The position numbers were made by a program, and so were the translations under genes. Below are positions 9,700 to 20,250 of a stretch of DNA of 64,000 nt, in pieces. The notes beneath the pieces were generated by a model that was not told where the DNA came from, searched no databases, and saw nothing but the letters and a program-made list of their open reading frames with translations. The stretch spans positions 2,399,572 to 2,463,571 of the forward strand of contig CAWFKI010000005.1 in the NCBI GenBank assembly GCA_963816345.1, given 5' to 3'. Every line of letters starts with the position of its first letter. Within the stretch, counting starts at the first letter, position 1. The stretch comes from an uncultured Bacteroidales bacterium. GTDB taxonomy: Bacteria > Bacteroidota > Bacteroidia > Bacteroidales > VadinHA17.

Positions 9700-12102
9700 T
9701 TATTTCAATGTACTATTTGAAAACTGCACCTGCCAATCAATTACTCCACCCTGACTTCCGAGACTAAGTTTAAGCATATTACCTGTTAACATATTTGTCA
9801 CTTTTATCTTCTGACCATCAGATGCTGAGGCTGTTGCCATTGTAACGATCATCCCGTCAGGAATATAGACAAAAATTGAATACGGATCTCCCTTTATAGT
9901 TTCTGACTTTCCGCTGAGAGTTTTTTCACTGTTGTCCCACTTCAGACCAACAATTGAATGTACACCTGAAATATGTCTTGAATTGCCTATCAGCTGCGGA
10001 TGCCCCAGCAGCGGATGAATCAGCAGAACACGGGTATCATGGGGTTCAATATCAATTTCCATCTTATCGCGGTAGACACCAAGAAGCTTTTGATTCCAGA
10101 AATCAAAAACAACAAACTGTGTTTCACCAGGCAAACCAAGTTTTTCTGAGAAGGAGACTGATTTTAAGATTTTTTCTCCCCTCCAGTTGGTAAAAGCTGC
10201 AACATCATACACACCTGATATAGCATTTACCTTAAGATCAATAATTTCAGGATAGTCATGGATATAGTTATCAGGTGTGGTAAACTTAAATTTATCCCAG
10301 GTAATATCCGATCCCCTGCTGAAGAGATCAACAGGGATAACAGGCAGGGTTGGCATTGTCTTCTTCAATAGAGTGACCCTGTCGTCAGGAAGTCCGGGCA
10401 TGATGCTGGTAAGAGGGTACACCACACCGGTAAGTGATATGACAGAAACGAGCGTACGTGCTTCTGCAGGAGTTACCCCGAAGCCGGTGAATGGATCTTC
10501 ACGGGTCAGAGCAACCTCTATTGCCCTCGGAGCCATCTTGCTCCTGGCTTCCTCTGCACTCATAAGCGGCGATACATCTATTCCCTCGCCCGGCATAACA
10601 TAAATAGCCATATGGTTAAGGAATGCGTTGGCGTTGATGGAGCTGAAGACTGCGTATGAGCCTTTCCAGCTGTTGTACATATCAGCCCCGTTAAAGCAGG
10701 AATTGAAATAGCCTATTCCGTTCAGCGGTGTGCCGGCCACACATCCCTCAATAAAGGTCTCCGGACCAATAACACTACGGATCAGGCTCAACCTGTCGCG
10801 GTAGGCGGTCAGAGGATCGATGGTCTTGTCATATAGCCTGCTTAAATCCAGATCCGGAACATACTCAGGAAGTGACAGTTCTCCGTCGAACTTGAAGTAC
10901 TCAAAGCCCCAGCCTTTAAGTGTTGTGAACAGTTTTTTAAGCCATTCCTGAACTCCGGGATTTGTATGATCCAGGGCTGGTGTCTTGTAATCCTTGATTA
11001 TTTTCCCTGATTTATCATATAGATACCAGTCAGGGTGCTGTTTTAAAAAGCCTGCATACGAGTTTGGCACTAACCATAATCCGGGATGCAAGCCTTTTGA
11101 CTTAATATATTTTGCAAGCCAGGCCGGCCCATGGGGGAATAGTGTTTTATTCCAGTTTTCAATCCAGTAATGGCCTTCGTCTTTACCACGGTCATAGCCA
11201 TCATCAATCTGAACATACTGAAATCCATAAGGCTTAAGGTTTTCTGAAAGCCAGTCGGTATTTGCTACAATATCAGATTCACGCGCTTCGTAATAGTAAG
11301 CTGTCCAGCTGCCCCAGATAACGGGTGCCGAAGGAAATACAGAGTCATCGAATTGCGAATAAACAGGAACACCAAGTGTTCTTGTGTAATAGTCAGGTGT
11401 AAGCCTGATAATTGACTTCCCGGGTACAGGAATCGTCATATCCAGCATATCCGGATCAATACTGTCCCGTTTCATCAGAGTCATTGCGGAAAAGGTGATC
11501 GCAATATCCCTCTTGCGGTCAAACAGGCTATGCAGGTTGGAGGCAGATACCTGTCCCAGTGCAAAGGTCATCACCTCAGGATTTTCCGGAGGAAGAAATG
11601 AGGGATGCTGAGTATCTTTTCCATTCCAGGAGACTGAAATCTCATTTGTTCCACGCCAGGTGACAGGTATACCTTCAGGATCAAGGATCCTGGAAACGAC
11701 CCGGCTGGCAGGAGCCGGCGCTTTGGCAGTTATAACCATGCCGGCAGATGTAGCTGAGATTATTATGTTATTTTGGTTCAACGCAAATGTCCATTCTGAA
11801 AAGGGATTGGATGTCCTGATTACAAGCAGGTTCTCACTACCCTTACCTGCGGTCCACTTATTCAGGGGAGTCAGCTCATTATTGTTTTTAATATTCAGTT
11901 TTATTTCCTGCAATACAATTCCGAGGCTGTCGTGCGACAGGTTGATTATACCCGTTCCCGGATCTGCAGTAATGGTCCATCCTGAAGAGGTTAATGTTAC
12001 AGGTTCAGCTTCAGTATTCTGACAAAAAGCCGGAATCTCTATTATACAAATAATTGCAAAACAGAGGGATAATCTGACTGATGAATAAAAAACCTTCTTC
12101 AT
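9700..12102 (-). CDS. Clan GH-D alpha-galactosidase-like glycoside hydrolase (GH27/GH36-related)
   Basis: Signal peptide. 'YVQIDDGYDRG', 'FEYFKFDG' and 'NGADMYNSW' resemble the melibiase-type IDDGW / K.D / R..D motifs. Confidence 0.6.
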   Translation of the reverse strand: MKKVFYSSVRLSLCFAIICIIEIPAFCQNTEAEPVTLTSSGWTITADPGTGIINLSHDSLGIVLQEIKLNIKNNNELTPLNKWTAGKGSENLLVIRTSNPFSEWTFALNQNNIIISATSAGMVITAKAPAPASRVVSRILDPEGIPVTWRGTNEISVSWNGKDTQHPSFLPPENPEVMTFALGQVSASNLHSLFDRKRDIAITFSAMTLMKRDSIDPDMLDMTIPVPGKSIIRLTPDYYTRTLGVPVYSQFDDSVFPSAPVIWGSWTAYYYEARESDIVANTDWLSENLKPYGFQYVQIDDGYDRGKDEGHYWIENWNKTLFPHGPAWLAKYIKSKGLHPGLWLVPNSYAGFLKQHPDWYLYDKSGKIIKDYKTPALDHTNPGVQEWLKKLFTTLKGWGFEYFKFDGELSLPEYVPDLDLSRLYDKTIDPLTAYRDRLSLIRSVIGPETFIEGCVAGTPLNGIGYFNSCFNGADMYNSWKGSYAVFSSINANAFLNHMAIYVMPGEGIDVSPLMSAEEARSKMAPRAIEVALTREDPFTGFGVTPAEARTLVSVISLTGVVYPLTSIMPGLPDDRVTLLKKTMPTLPVIPVDLFSRGSDITWDKFKFTTPDNYIHDYPEIIDLKVNAISGVYDVAAFTNWRGEKILKSVSFSEKLGLPGETQFVVFDFWNQKLLGVYRDKMEIDIEPHDTRVLLIHPLLGHPQLIGNSRHISGVHSIVGLKWDNSEKTLSGKSETIKGDPYSIFVYIPDGMIVTMATASASDGQKIKVTNMLTGNMLKLSLGSQGGVIDWQVQFSNSTLK

Positions 12103-12173
12103 GTTCCTTAAAATAATGATGATAAATTTTATCTTTCTCCTTATGTTCCTTTTTGCATCCCTGAGATATTCAA

Positions 12174-13196
12174 TTACCTGAAATTTCTTGCGGTTTCGAT
12201 CAGAGTATGAATATTAACGGGAGGAGTTGTCGGAGGAATAGCACATCCGGCATTTAATATGAAACGATGAGAATTCCGGTAGATATCCAGCAGCTCCAGT
12301 GTTTTTTTCCTTACTTCATCCGGCGTTCCCAGGGCAAGGACCCCGCTGGGGTCAATGATACCTATAAGCGTAGTTTTGTCATGAAAAGCATCATAGATTT
12401 TCCTGATGTCTGTCTTATAGTCAAGTTCTATAGCATCAGCGCCGGTAGTGAGCATTTGTTCAAGAATGACATCCGTGTTTCCGCATATGTGCAGTGCATA
12501 CTTTACTCCTTCTTTATGCGCAACTTCAACCAGCCTTTTCTCAAAAGGCAATGCATATTTTACATACATGTCGGAGGAGATCATTTCAGGTCCTGCAGGG
12601 CTATCGCCGTTTGAGACCATATGGCAGCCTGTCTGAGTCATAAGCCTGATAAACTGTGAGCCTGCATCAAGACAATATTCCAGAAGAAAGTTTATCTGTT
12701 CGTCAGTCCCCATCATAAGGTCCAGCATCCATGTCTGGGCGCCCCGCATCATGCTGGCAAGGGAAAAGGGAGCCTGGTCGCAGTTTCCCCTGATAAATAT
12801 CTCATTTTTATAATAATCCATTAAGATGCGGACTGCCTCCAGCCAGATCTGAATGTACCTGTAGTTCTCAACCTTAACAGGTTTAAGATGATATACATCC
12901 TCCAGATTCTTAATGTTGCCCAGATGTGATCTTGCCGGGTCATCAGCTGGAAAATCGACCCGCACACCAACTGCTCCTGCAAGGGTAACAGTATCAATAT
13001 CAACGAGTATACCATCATATTTATACCTGTCAACAGCTGCAATAAAGCATTCCGCGATCAGCTTCGGATCATTCCGGTACTGATCCATTGTGATTTTATA
13101 TTCCCGGGCGGCAAGCATAAAGTTATGTAGCATCACAGGAACTTTATCAGGTTTTTCACCATTCAATGCGGCTGTAATTCGTTCGTATCCGTTCAT
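12174..13196 (-). CDS. Uroporphyrinogen decarboxylase (URO-D)/MtaA-like family protein, zinc-motif type
   Basis: 340 aa with N-terminal 'ERITAALNGEKPDKVPVM' typical of PF01208-type proteins. 'LHICGN' plus 'NAGCAIPP' form an H-x-C...C motif. It lacks the HemE 'MRQAGR' motif. Confidence 0.75.
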   Translation of the reverse strand: MNGYERITAALNGEKPDKVPVMLHNFMLAAREYKITMDQYRNDPKLIAECFIAAVDRYKYDGILVDIDTVTLAGAVGVRVDFPADDPARSHLGNIKNLEDVYHLKPVKVENYRYIQIWLEAVRILMDYYKNEIFIRGNCDQAPFSLASMMRGAQTWMLDLMMGTDEQINFLLEYCLDAGSQFIRLMTQTGCHMVSNGDSPAGPEMISSDMYVKYALPFEKRLVEVAHKEGVKYALHICGNTDVILEQMLTTGADAIELDYKTDIRKIYDAFHDKTTLIGIIDPSGVLALGTPDEVRKKTLELLDIYRNSHRFILNAGCAIPPTTPPVNIHTLIETARNFR

Positions 13197-13217
13197 ATTG
13201 AATTTATTGTTTATAGT

Positions 13218-14326
13218 TCAATTCCGGTATTTTCCATATTCGTTTACCAATTCTGAAACCCGTTTTACCCTTCTCTCCAGAGCGTCAGGCGGGACCTGGT
13301 CGGCAACACCAAGAACAAAGCGGGGTCTCCGGATCATAATTGAGAGAAGGTATTTTACATGCCTGTCAAATTCCTCATCATCAACACAACCTGTAAAATA
13401 AGAGCCGGGTATTCCACCCCAGAGTATGCTGTCAGAGTTCCCTGAAAGGGTTTCAATATCTTCAAACCTGACATCACCTACCGGATAAGGCGTCAGCGCT
13501 TCCAGTACCGTAAATCCTACGCCTGCCTCATGCTCCAGTAATCCCTGTAATGTTCCGTCGATATGGATAAATGAGTATTTTCCGGCATCTCTTATCCTGG
13601 TTGTCCATTCCTTCTGATAATCGTACATATATAATTTAAACAGATCAGGGCCAACCATTTCTGAGGAGAGATTCTCAGGAATCATAAGAACCTCTGCCGG
13701 ACTGTCGACAGCGATCCGGGCTGCCTTGTCAAATGCCGTTTTCATAGTATTCAGAAGATCCCTGAACTCATCTGACATTGTCAGTGCCGCCATCGTTACA
13801 GCCTCAATACCCGCCTCCAGAGCCATGAGATGCATAAAGGGGCTTTTAGGCAGATAACACAAAACAACTCCCTGGTCGCCGACCTGTTCTCTCCGGAGGT
13901 CTGGCAATATCATAATCAGGTTCAAAATGAGTGTTTTCATAGATGATATTTCATAACCGGTATGTCATTTCCTGATTTAAGGAAATGTTCCACAGGACCT
14001 TCTGAAAACGATGTCGGGATATATTCCCAGCATTCCCTCACCCGGCCTGCCGGAGTGATGATTTCCTTATAATGCCTGTGGCCTTCATGCCACTCATTTA
14101 CCTTGCAACCCGAGATAATCTGTTTGTACGGGAAGTATCCCTGCAGATAAAATCCGACACCAAGCCTGCGATGCCAGTTGATATAATCTTCAGAGAGAAT
14201 AAAACCCTCTGGCTTGAGACCTCTTTTGATGAGTGAGTTTGCCCAATAATCAAGATCTCCGAACCATGGAACCTGATCCGGTTGTTTTCCGGAAAGTATT
14301 GTCAGTAGTCTTTCCCGATGGGTCAT
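13218..14326 (-). pseudogene. URO-D/MtaA-like family gene split into a 129-aa N-terminal and a 240-aa C-terminal ORF (frameshifted, or naturally two-part)
   Basis: The N-piece ('MTHRERLLTILSGKQPDQVPW') and the C-piece together equal one URO-D-like protein. The junction is an ATGA overlap at 13937-13940, and the two pieces are in different frames. A third frame reads 'YENTHFEPDYDIA' across the junction, so two nearby indels are also possible. Confidence 0.6.
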
Positions 14327-14406
14327 TTACTTGTATAATTTGATGCTATTTATTAATTTACTTGTTAAATACAAAGGACACAATGGTTTAGCAAGGTCAC
14401 AAAGTA

Positions 14407-15759
14407 TTAATAAAGAACCTCTTTTTCAATCTGTTCGAGTGTTTTGCCTTTTGTTTCAATAATATTGTTCTTAAGATAGAAGAAGCCTATAAGTGTTACA
14501 CATGCGAGAAAGATGAATGCAAAGCTCATTCCCTTCTGCTGTTGTGCCAGTGTTATTCCGAACAGACCTACCACCTGGGGGAAGAGGAAGTTGAGAGAAG
14601 CGCTCACTCCCCAGTTGGCAAATGATCCGAGGGAAGCACCACGTGCCCTGATTATATTAGGAAACATTTCAGATAATAATACCCAGATGACAACTCCCAT
14701 TGATGCAGCAAAAAAAGCTATGTAGGCGACGAGCAGGAATACAAGCCAGTAACCTCTTATATTTCCGGAGAGCAGACCGTATCCGAACAATGCTAAAACT
14801 GTCACCATTCCCAGCTGACCTGTCAGCAACAGGTTCTTTCGTCCCACTTTGTCGATCACGGCCATTGCGAGCAGCGTAAAGACCAGGTTTGTCAGTCCGA
14901 GTATTACACTCTGAAGCATTGATGTGTCCGGTGAAAAACCTGCTATGCTGAATATCTGGGCTGAATAGTAAAACACAACTCCGATCCCTGTAAGCTGACT
15001 GAATATCCCAACAAATATCCCGATGAAGACAATCCTGCGGTAGGGTCTCTTAAACAGATTTATTCTCTTTGCAGCATTCTCGATATTGATTGATTCCTTT
15101 ATCTCAGTTATTGTTTGTTCGGTATCGATTTCATGCGAAGAGAGATCTTCAATATTCTTTCTGGCTTCTTCTATCCTCCCCTTTTTCACAAGCCAGCGGG
15201 GGCTTTTCCTTATAAAGAAAAGCATAAGGAAAAATACAACAGCAGGAATGGCACCACTGAAAAGCATCCATCGCCAGTTATTTTCACCTGTATTCAGAAG
15301 AAGATAGTTTGATATCAGCGACAATAAAATCCCGGTTACGATGGCAAGTTGAAATGTGGAAGCCAGCAACCCCCTGTGCTTTGGCGGAGATATTTCAGAG
15401 ATATACACAGGACAAAGCACTGAGGCACCGCCAATTGCCAGTCCTCCTATAAACCTGAAAAGAATAAATACATCGATTGTCGGCGCCAGGCCGCATCCGG
15501 CAGCAGAAATGAAAAACAATACCGCAAGAAGCTGTAACAGCCTCTGAGAGCCAAATATATCTCCCGGCTTTCCAATAAGAATGGTTCCGGCGATGCAACC
15601 CACAAGCGCCGAACTCACCGTCCAGCCCTGGATTGCAGGGGTCAGGTTGAAATGCCTTACCAGATCGAGCATTGCACCGTTTATTATGACGGTATCGTAG
15701 CCGAATAACAACCCGCCAAGGGCTGAAGCTATTGTACACTTGATGAGGACTCTGTTCAT
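14407..15759 (-). CDS. MFS sugar porter family transporter
   Basis: 450 aa with 'GGLLFGYDTVIINGA', 'PESPRWL' and 'ETKGKTLEQIE', which are sugar_tr signatures. Multiple TM segments. Confidence 0.9.
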   Translation of the reverse strand: MNRVLIKCTIASALGGLLFGYDTVIINGAMLDLVRHFNLTPAIQGWTVSSALVGCIAGTILIGKPGDIFGSQRLLQLLAVLFFISAAGCGLAPTIDVFILFRFIGGLAIGGASVLCPVYISEISPPKHRGLLASTFQLAIVTGILLSLISNYLLLNTGENNWRWMLFSGAIPAVVFFLMLFFIRKSPRWLVKKGRIEEARKNIEDLSSHEIDTEQTITEIKESINIENAAKRINLFKRPYRRIVFIGIFVGIFSQLTGIGVVFYYSAQIFSIAGFSPDTSMLQSVILGLTNLVFTLLAMAVIDKVGRKNLLLTGQLGMVTVLALFGYGLLSGNIRGYWLVFLLVAYIAFFAASMGVVIWVLLSEMFPNIIRARGASLGSFANWGVSASLNFLFPQVVGLFGITLAQQQKGMSFAFIFLACVTLIGFFYLKNNIIETKGKTLEQIEKEVLY

Positions 15760-15778
15760 ATCGGGATCAAGGTTAAAG

Positions 15779-15813
15779 GTATTCAGTATTCAGTATTCAG
15801 TATTCAGTATTCG
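15779..15813. repeat. Tandem heptanucleotide repeat (GTATTCA)x5; reads TGAATAC on the minus strand
   Basis: Read directly: gtattca gtattca gtattca gtattca gtattcg. It ends 20 nt upstream of the transporter ATG at 15759 on the minus strand. Confidence 0.95.
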
Positions 15814-15844
15814 GCATTTGCTTAAAGGTGTTTTGGTCGCAGCT

Positions 15845-15940
15845 CGGCGAAGTCTCCAGACTTCGCCGTTAAGCTTAAAGCTGTCATAACCAATCTGCGA
15901 AGTCCTTTGTTACTTCTAAAACGTTGTCTGAAGACTTCGC
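15845..15940. repeat. Two inverted repeats built on the GCGAAGTC/GACTTCGC motif
   Basis: 15845-15868 'cggcgaagtct cc agacttcgccg' forms an 11-bp arm palindrome. 15897-15904 'gcgaagtc' pairs with 15933-15940 'gacttcgc'. Both lie between the AGE gene end and the transporter. Confidence 0.85.
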
Positions 15941-15963
15941 TTAGCATAGCTTACCGATTACTG

Positions 15964-17225
15964 CTAACCGAGCATTTTATCAATTCTACTCATCATCTCC
16001 ATCATTGCTCTCCCGTTGTGATAGGGACATTTCCAGGGGTCAATTTTCCAGTCGTTCCGGTAATAAGGTGAAGGGTCATCTTCCGGCTCAACAAGAAAAG
16101 GAACTCCCAGGCGGTTCAGCTTGGTAAACCATTCACCCCTCTCATGGTCGATCAGGAAGGAATCAATAAAATTCCATGTCAGCTTAACAGTATTCCAGTA
16201 TTTTACATCGCCTGTCAGCTCAAAAGCATTCATGAATCCAACAAGGGTCTCGGCCTGTTGCCACCAGTGTTTGTTGGTTTTCAGATGGCTCCCGAAACGG
16301 GTTGACTCCAGAAAGAGACCGCCATCCTTATCAACTGCCACCCGTTCAATATTATCGACCATTTTAATTACCAGGGGGCGCATCCTTTCAATTATCCCGG
16401 CGTTCCCAAGTATCTCCGCTGCTTCCCACAGTAACCATGAACCTTCAATATCATGACCAAATGAGCATATGCCTTTTGAGGAATCAGCTTCCCGGAAATT
16501 TTCACCGAAGAAGATGCCAAAATGACCTTCCTTACGGATTATTCTGTCAAGGAACAAATTCATCATTTCCGTAAGTCTTCTCTCAACCAGGGGATCCTTC
16601 CAGACCTTATAAAGTGCAGCCCATGCCTCAAGAACATGCAGGTGGGTATTCATCGATTTAGGTTCATTGTTATCGGCCATCCTGTTTTCGCCATAAATTT
16701 TCCAGTCGCGCGTGAAAGACTCCAGGTAGCCTTCATTGACCGGATCCTTAGCCTTCTTCTCAAGGAGTAAGAAAAATCCTTTAATCTTCTGCATCACCTG
16801 AATCAAGAGGACGAAACTCATAATATTTACATAGAGAATAAATGACAAAGGCCTGAGCGTATGTATGCTTTATATCATTGGCTACCTTATTGTCAGCTGT
16901 CAGCTCCATGTAGTAGCCTCCGTATTCCTTATCTTCGAAATCTTCCGTTATTACCCTGTAAGCTCTGTCTGCGATAGCTGCATAAGCTTCGTTACCCTCA
17001 GGTCATTGCTGCAGCAGAAAATGTCCATAAGATCCTGGCATTCAGAACGCTTGTTTTATTTGCGGTAAGCACCGGGTTTCCATTGAGATCGACAGCACCC
17101 TGGAATCCATGGCCGTTTTTTTCAATTCCGTATTTCATCCAGTAGGAAAGAATATCACCGTGAAGTTCTTTATGGAATTTGTCACGATACAACCTTAATT
17201 CTTTTTCTGTTTCTGTCGTTATCAT
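15964..17225 (-). pseudogene. N-acylglucosamine 2-epimerase (AGE) superfamily gene (cellobiose/mannobiose 2-epimerase or mannose isomerase-like) with two frameshifts
   Basis: The N-piece ends '...NARILWTFSAAAMT*'. A third frame continues 'PEGNEAYAAIADRAY...DKEYGGYYMELTADNKVANDIKHTYAQAFVIYSLCKYYEF', then the 294-aa ORF resumes with 'KGFFLLLEKKAKDPVNEGYLE'. The shifts are near 17000 and 16800-16830. Confidence 0.8.
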
Positions 17226-17298
17226 TTTTGTCAGCTATCATATTGGAATCGTACCTCTTTAATTTTTCAAAGCCTTTAAGTGGCAAAGTACAAGGTGC

Positions 17299-19981
17299 TC
17301 ATTTGACAAATAACTTGATCGTTTCTATTGAATTATGACCTACTCTGAGGCCAAGAGTGTTTCCGCTTCCCGGGATCACCTTACCCTCCTCTTCAATCAT
17401 GTTGGTCAGCTCAGCCTTCCCGAATGGAGCCGAAACAGATATACCGGCATCACTGTCAGTACCTTCAATATCATAACATCTTACAATCACATTGTCATCA
17501 TCTTCGCATTTTTTAATTGTGCTCAGGATCAGGTTTTTATTCGCGACAGATATGAAGCTCATTGTTTCAGGCATTTTTCCAACAGCTGACGATGGCTTTG
17601 AAACCACGACCTTCAGTGGCTGATTTGACTGGGTTCCGTATCTGTATCCGCTTTTCCAGTCACCTTTGTATGAATAGAAAGAAAAGGTATAGGTGTGATC
17701 CCCCGGCTGCAGGTAGTAATTACCTTCGCTATGACAGCTCTTGCGGCTTGCAAGCAAAACAGGCTGAAGAATAGAATAACCGGCAGGATCTGAAGTAGGA
17801 TCAATCCAGTCAAAAACAGCTACATCCGAGCTTATTGTTATGCCGTTTTTTCCGTCGGAGGCCGAGAACCAGTCCTGAACTTCCCGGGGATGAACCTGGG
17901 AACATGGAGTACTATAGATCTGTGAAGCTTTTGAGAAGCCTGCCGCGCCTGCTATTTCATCCTTCCCTACCCTTACAACTCCCATCGGGACTTCATAGGC
18001 AATCTCAGATTTTGCCTGATCTACCGGAAAGGCAAGCCGGAATTCCCGGTATTGTTCTCCGTCAAATCCATTAAGATCAATATGCACATCTATCCGTTTG
18101 ATTGTTTTGTAGAAAATCAGTTGCTGAACAACTGTAACATGGCTGATCTCTTTCCGGAATTCATAAACATCTCTTACAGGGCCTGATGAAACGAGTGTCC
18201 ATGGCTGATTGTACCGGCTCATCTTTTCAAAACCATCCATTGTCGGCTGCTGGACATCAGTAAATTCCCCGGCGCCGTTACCAACAGACTGCATGGTGAA
18301 CAACTCGGCTCCAAGGAACTTGTCGGTTTTGAGAAGATTTACTGACAACTCTTTATCATACAACGATTTAATTCCTCCATCGGCAAATCCGACTTTATAA
18401 TAATTGTTTTCATAACTGTTGCTGCTGTTTTTAAAACCGGATGAAAAAGCAGCCGGCTTTCCTTTCTCGAGGTAGTATGTTTTATAGCCTATTGAAGGCA
18501 CTTTTTCAGCCACGAACAGAAATGTGAGAACTTCGTCCTTGTTACCCGATATATCATGTTCATCAATAAGCTGATACGGAATTTCATTATCATTTTCGTC
18601 GACCAGCCTGAAAATATCCTGATCATTGCCTTCAACATTCAGGGTAAATTTCACAACATCAGTACGCTCCCAGGAGAGAGTATTAAAAACTGTTACAGGT
18701 ATACCCTTATCGGAGAACTGTATTCTGGATGCGATACTGGTCAGTGATTTTTCAAGTATTCCGGATGCTATAGACCGTGCCTTTTCAAAAGCTGTGCGAA
18801 AAGCTCTGTCAGTCAGTGAACCATACTTGCCGCCCCATCCATGATCAGGATATATGGCATTCTCCCAGGCAGTTGTAAAAGATGCCTGCGGATAATCCTT
18901 AAATGATCCCGGACTGAAGGGCATCGAAGGTTGCAAATTTTTCCGCGGCTGTCAGGAGTCTCGATCCTTCTCTCGATGCCTTCAGAGCTTTCTGATGTGA
19001 AGGGCCATGTATATAAAGCCAGACATCGGGCCTCTCTCCCTGAATTTTATCAAATGAAGGATCACCTTTGGTAACTGCTTCAAACCATTCAGTAGCCGTA
19101 GAATAATTAATTAATGGTTTACCGCGTCTGACAGATTTTGAATTCCAGTCATTGAAGAAAGCGTCGTAATCGGGAGGAGTTGCAAAATCTGTTGAATAGA
19201 GAAACTGTAATTCAGGCTTTATGTTTCTTATTTTGAAATAGTTACTCCACTCTGACGACATTGCTGTAAAGGCCTTCGTGAGAGAATTAATGTCTGTCTT
19301 TGCTGCCCTGACAGGTATTCCGACTTCATCATATTGCCCGGGAGTAAAACATGTAATGTAGCTGCCATCGGGACTGTACCATCTGTAGATACCTGGCTGA
19401 TGCCGGCTGAACTGCATGTATGGTATGCCGGATTTTGAGAGTATCTGTGCCATTTGTAAGGATCTGCCGGGGACATCTTCATTCCAGTATGTCTTGAAAT
19501 CGCAGCCGGGAAGTGTTTTTTTCAGCCATTTCCGTCCCAGGTAAGCCTGTCTTATAAGAGACTCCCCGTCGTACATTGATTCATAAGGCTGTTTATAAGT
19601 AGCGCCCCATTCAAGACGACCTTCACGGGTATATTCAAGGATCTCGCTATATGAGTCAGGGTGTCTCTGAAGATATTCCCGCAGGCTCAGCCCGTCTTCA
19701 ACAGAGAATTTGAAATCACTATTGGCTTTAAGGCGTTCCAGTACCGGGGTAATCATCTTCTGATCACGGAACTCTATACATTTGCCGATGCTGTCCATCC
19801 ATGCTATATCCTGATGAGAAGATGGGACAACAAATATTTCTCCTCCCCTGAAATAGGAAAAGTCTCCTTTGCCAGCTTTCCCCGGGGAAGATTGCGATTG
19901 GCTTAAAGCCTGAAATTCAGGCCTGATAATAAAAACAACTGAGAGAATAATCAGTCTGCAAGTCGTTACTGCTTTCATCAT
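17299..19981 (-). pseudogene. GH38 alpha-mannosidase-like gene with one frameshift
   Basis: N-terminal 'VVPSSHQDIAWMDS', 'REGRLEWGATYKQPYESMYDGESLIRQ' and 'NEDVPGRSLQMAQIL' are GH38 N-domain motifs. The 379-aa and 545-aa ORFs overlap in different frames, and the join '...DALQSG/SFKDYPQ' sits at a CCGGG run near 18907-18913. The likely start is the ATG pair at 19981/19978 (signal peptide 'MMKAVTTCRLIILSVVFII'). Confidence 0.8.
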
Positions 19982-20009
19982 ATATAATTTTGATTTTAAA
20001 GGTAGAATG

Positions 20010-20029
20010 CCTGCCTGCCGGCAGACAGG
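20010..20029. repeat. Imperfect copy of the CCTGCCTGCCGGCAGGCAGG palindrome (core only)
   Basis: 'cctgcctgccggcagacagg' has one mismatch to the perfect palindrome at 21790-21809. It lies about 30 nt upstream of the GH38 start, in a divergent intergenic region. Confidence 0.8.
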
Positions 20030-20242
20030 GAACCACACATGATTGTAAATTATATTTTTTCATATTTGTGATTGTTGTCAATCATGTGGGTTTCATCTGT
20101 TCAGATTTAAAAATTCCTGATTAAAATACGGACAAAAACCAAATATACAAGTTTACAAATGCTCTAAATGGGTTAACCTGAGAATAAGAGATTTAAAATG
20201 CAGTTTATATATTACTTTATATTCTGGTATCTGTTTTTCAGA

Positions 20243-20250
20243 TAAGTTTG
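20243..20250 (+). promoter_or_regulatory. Candidate Bacteroidota-type -7 box (TAnnTTTG)
   Basis: 'TAAGTTTG' in the AT-rich 337-bp divergent intergenic region, 126 nt upstream of the GH29 ATG. Motif match only. Confidence 0.25.

Noticed and set aside
12174-14326. Annotating the URO-D-family genes as hemE (haem biosynthesis).
   Set aside because: They lack the HemE N-terminal 'MRQAGR' motif. Three of the four carry the MtaA-type H-x-C motif. There are four copies, and the neighbours are sugar transporters and glycosidases with no haem genes.
15779-15813. The tandem repeat as a CRISPR array or minisatellite-encoded peptide.
   Set aside because: The unit is only 7 nt with no spacers and no cas genes. 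It is intergenic and too short to encode anything.
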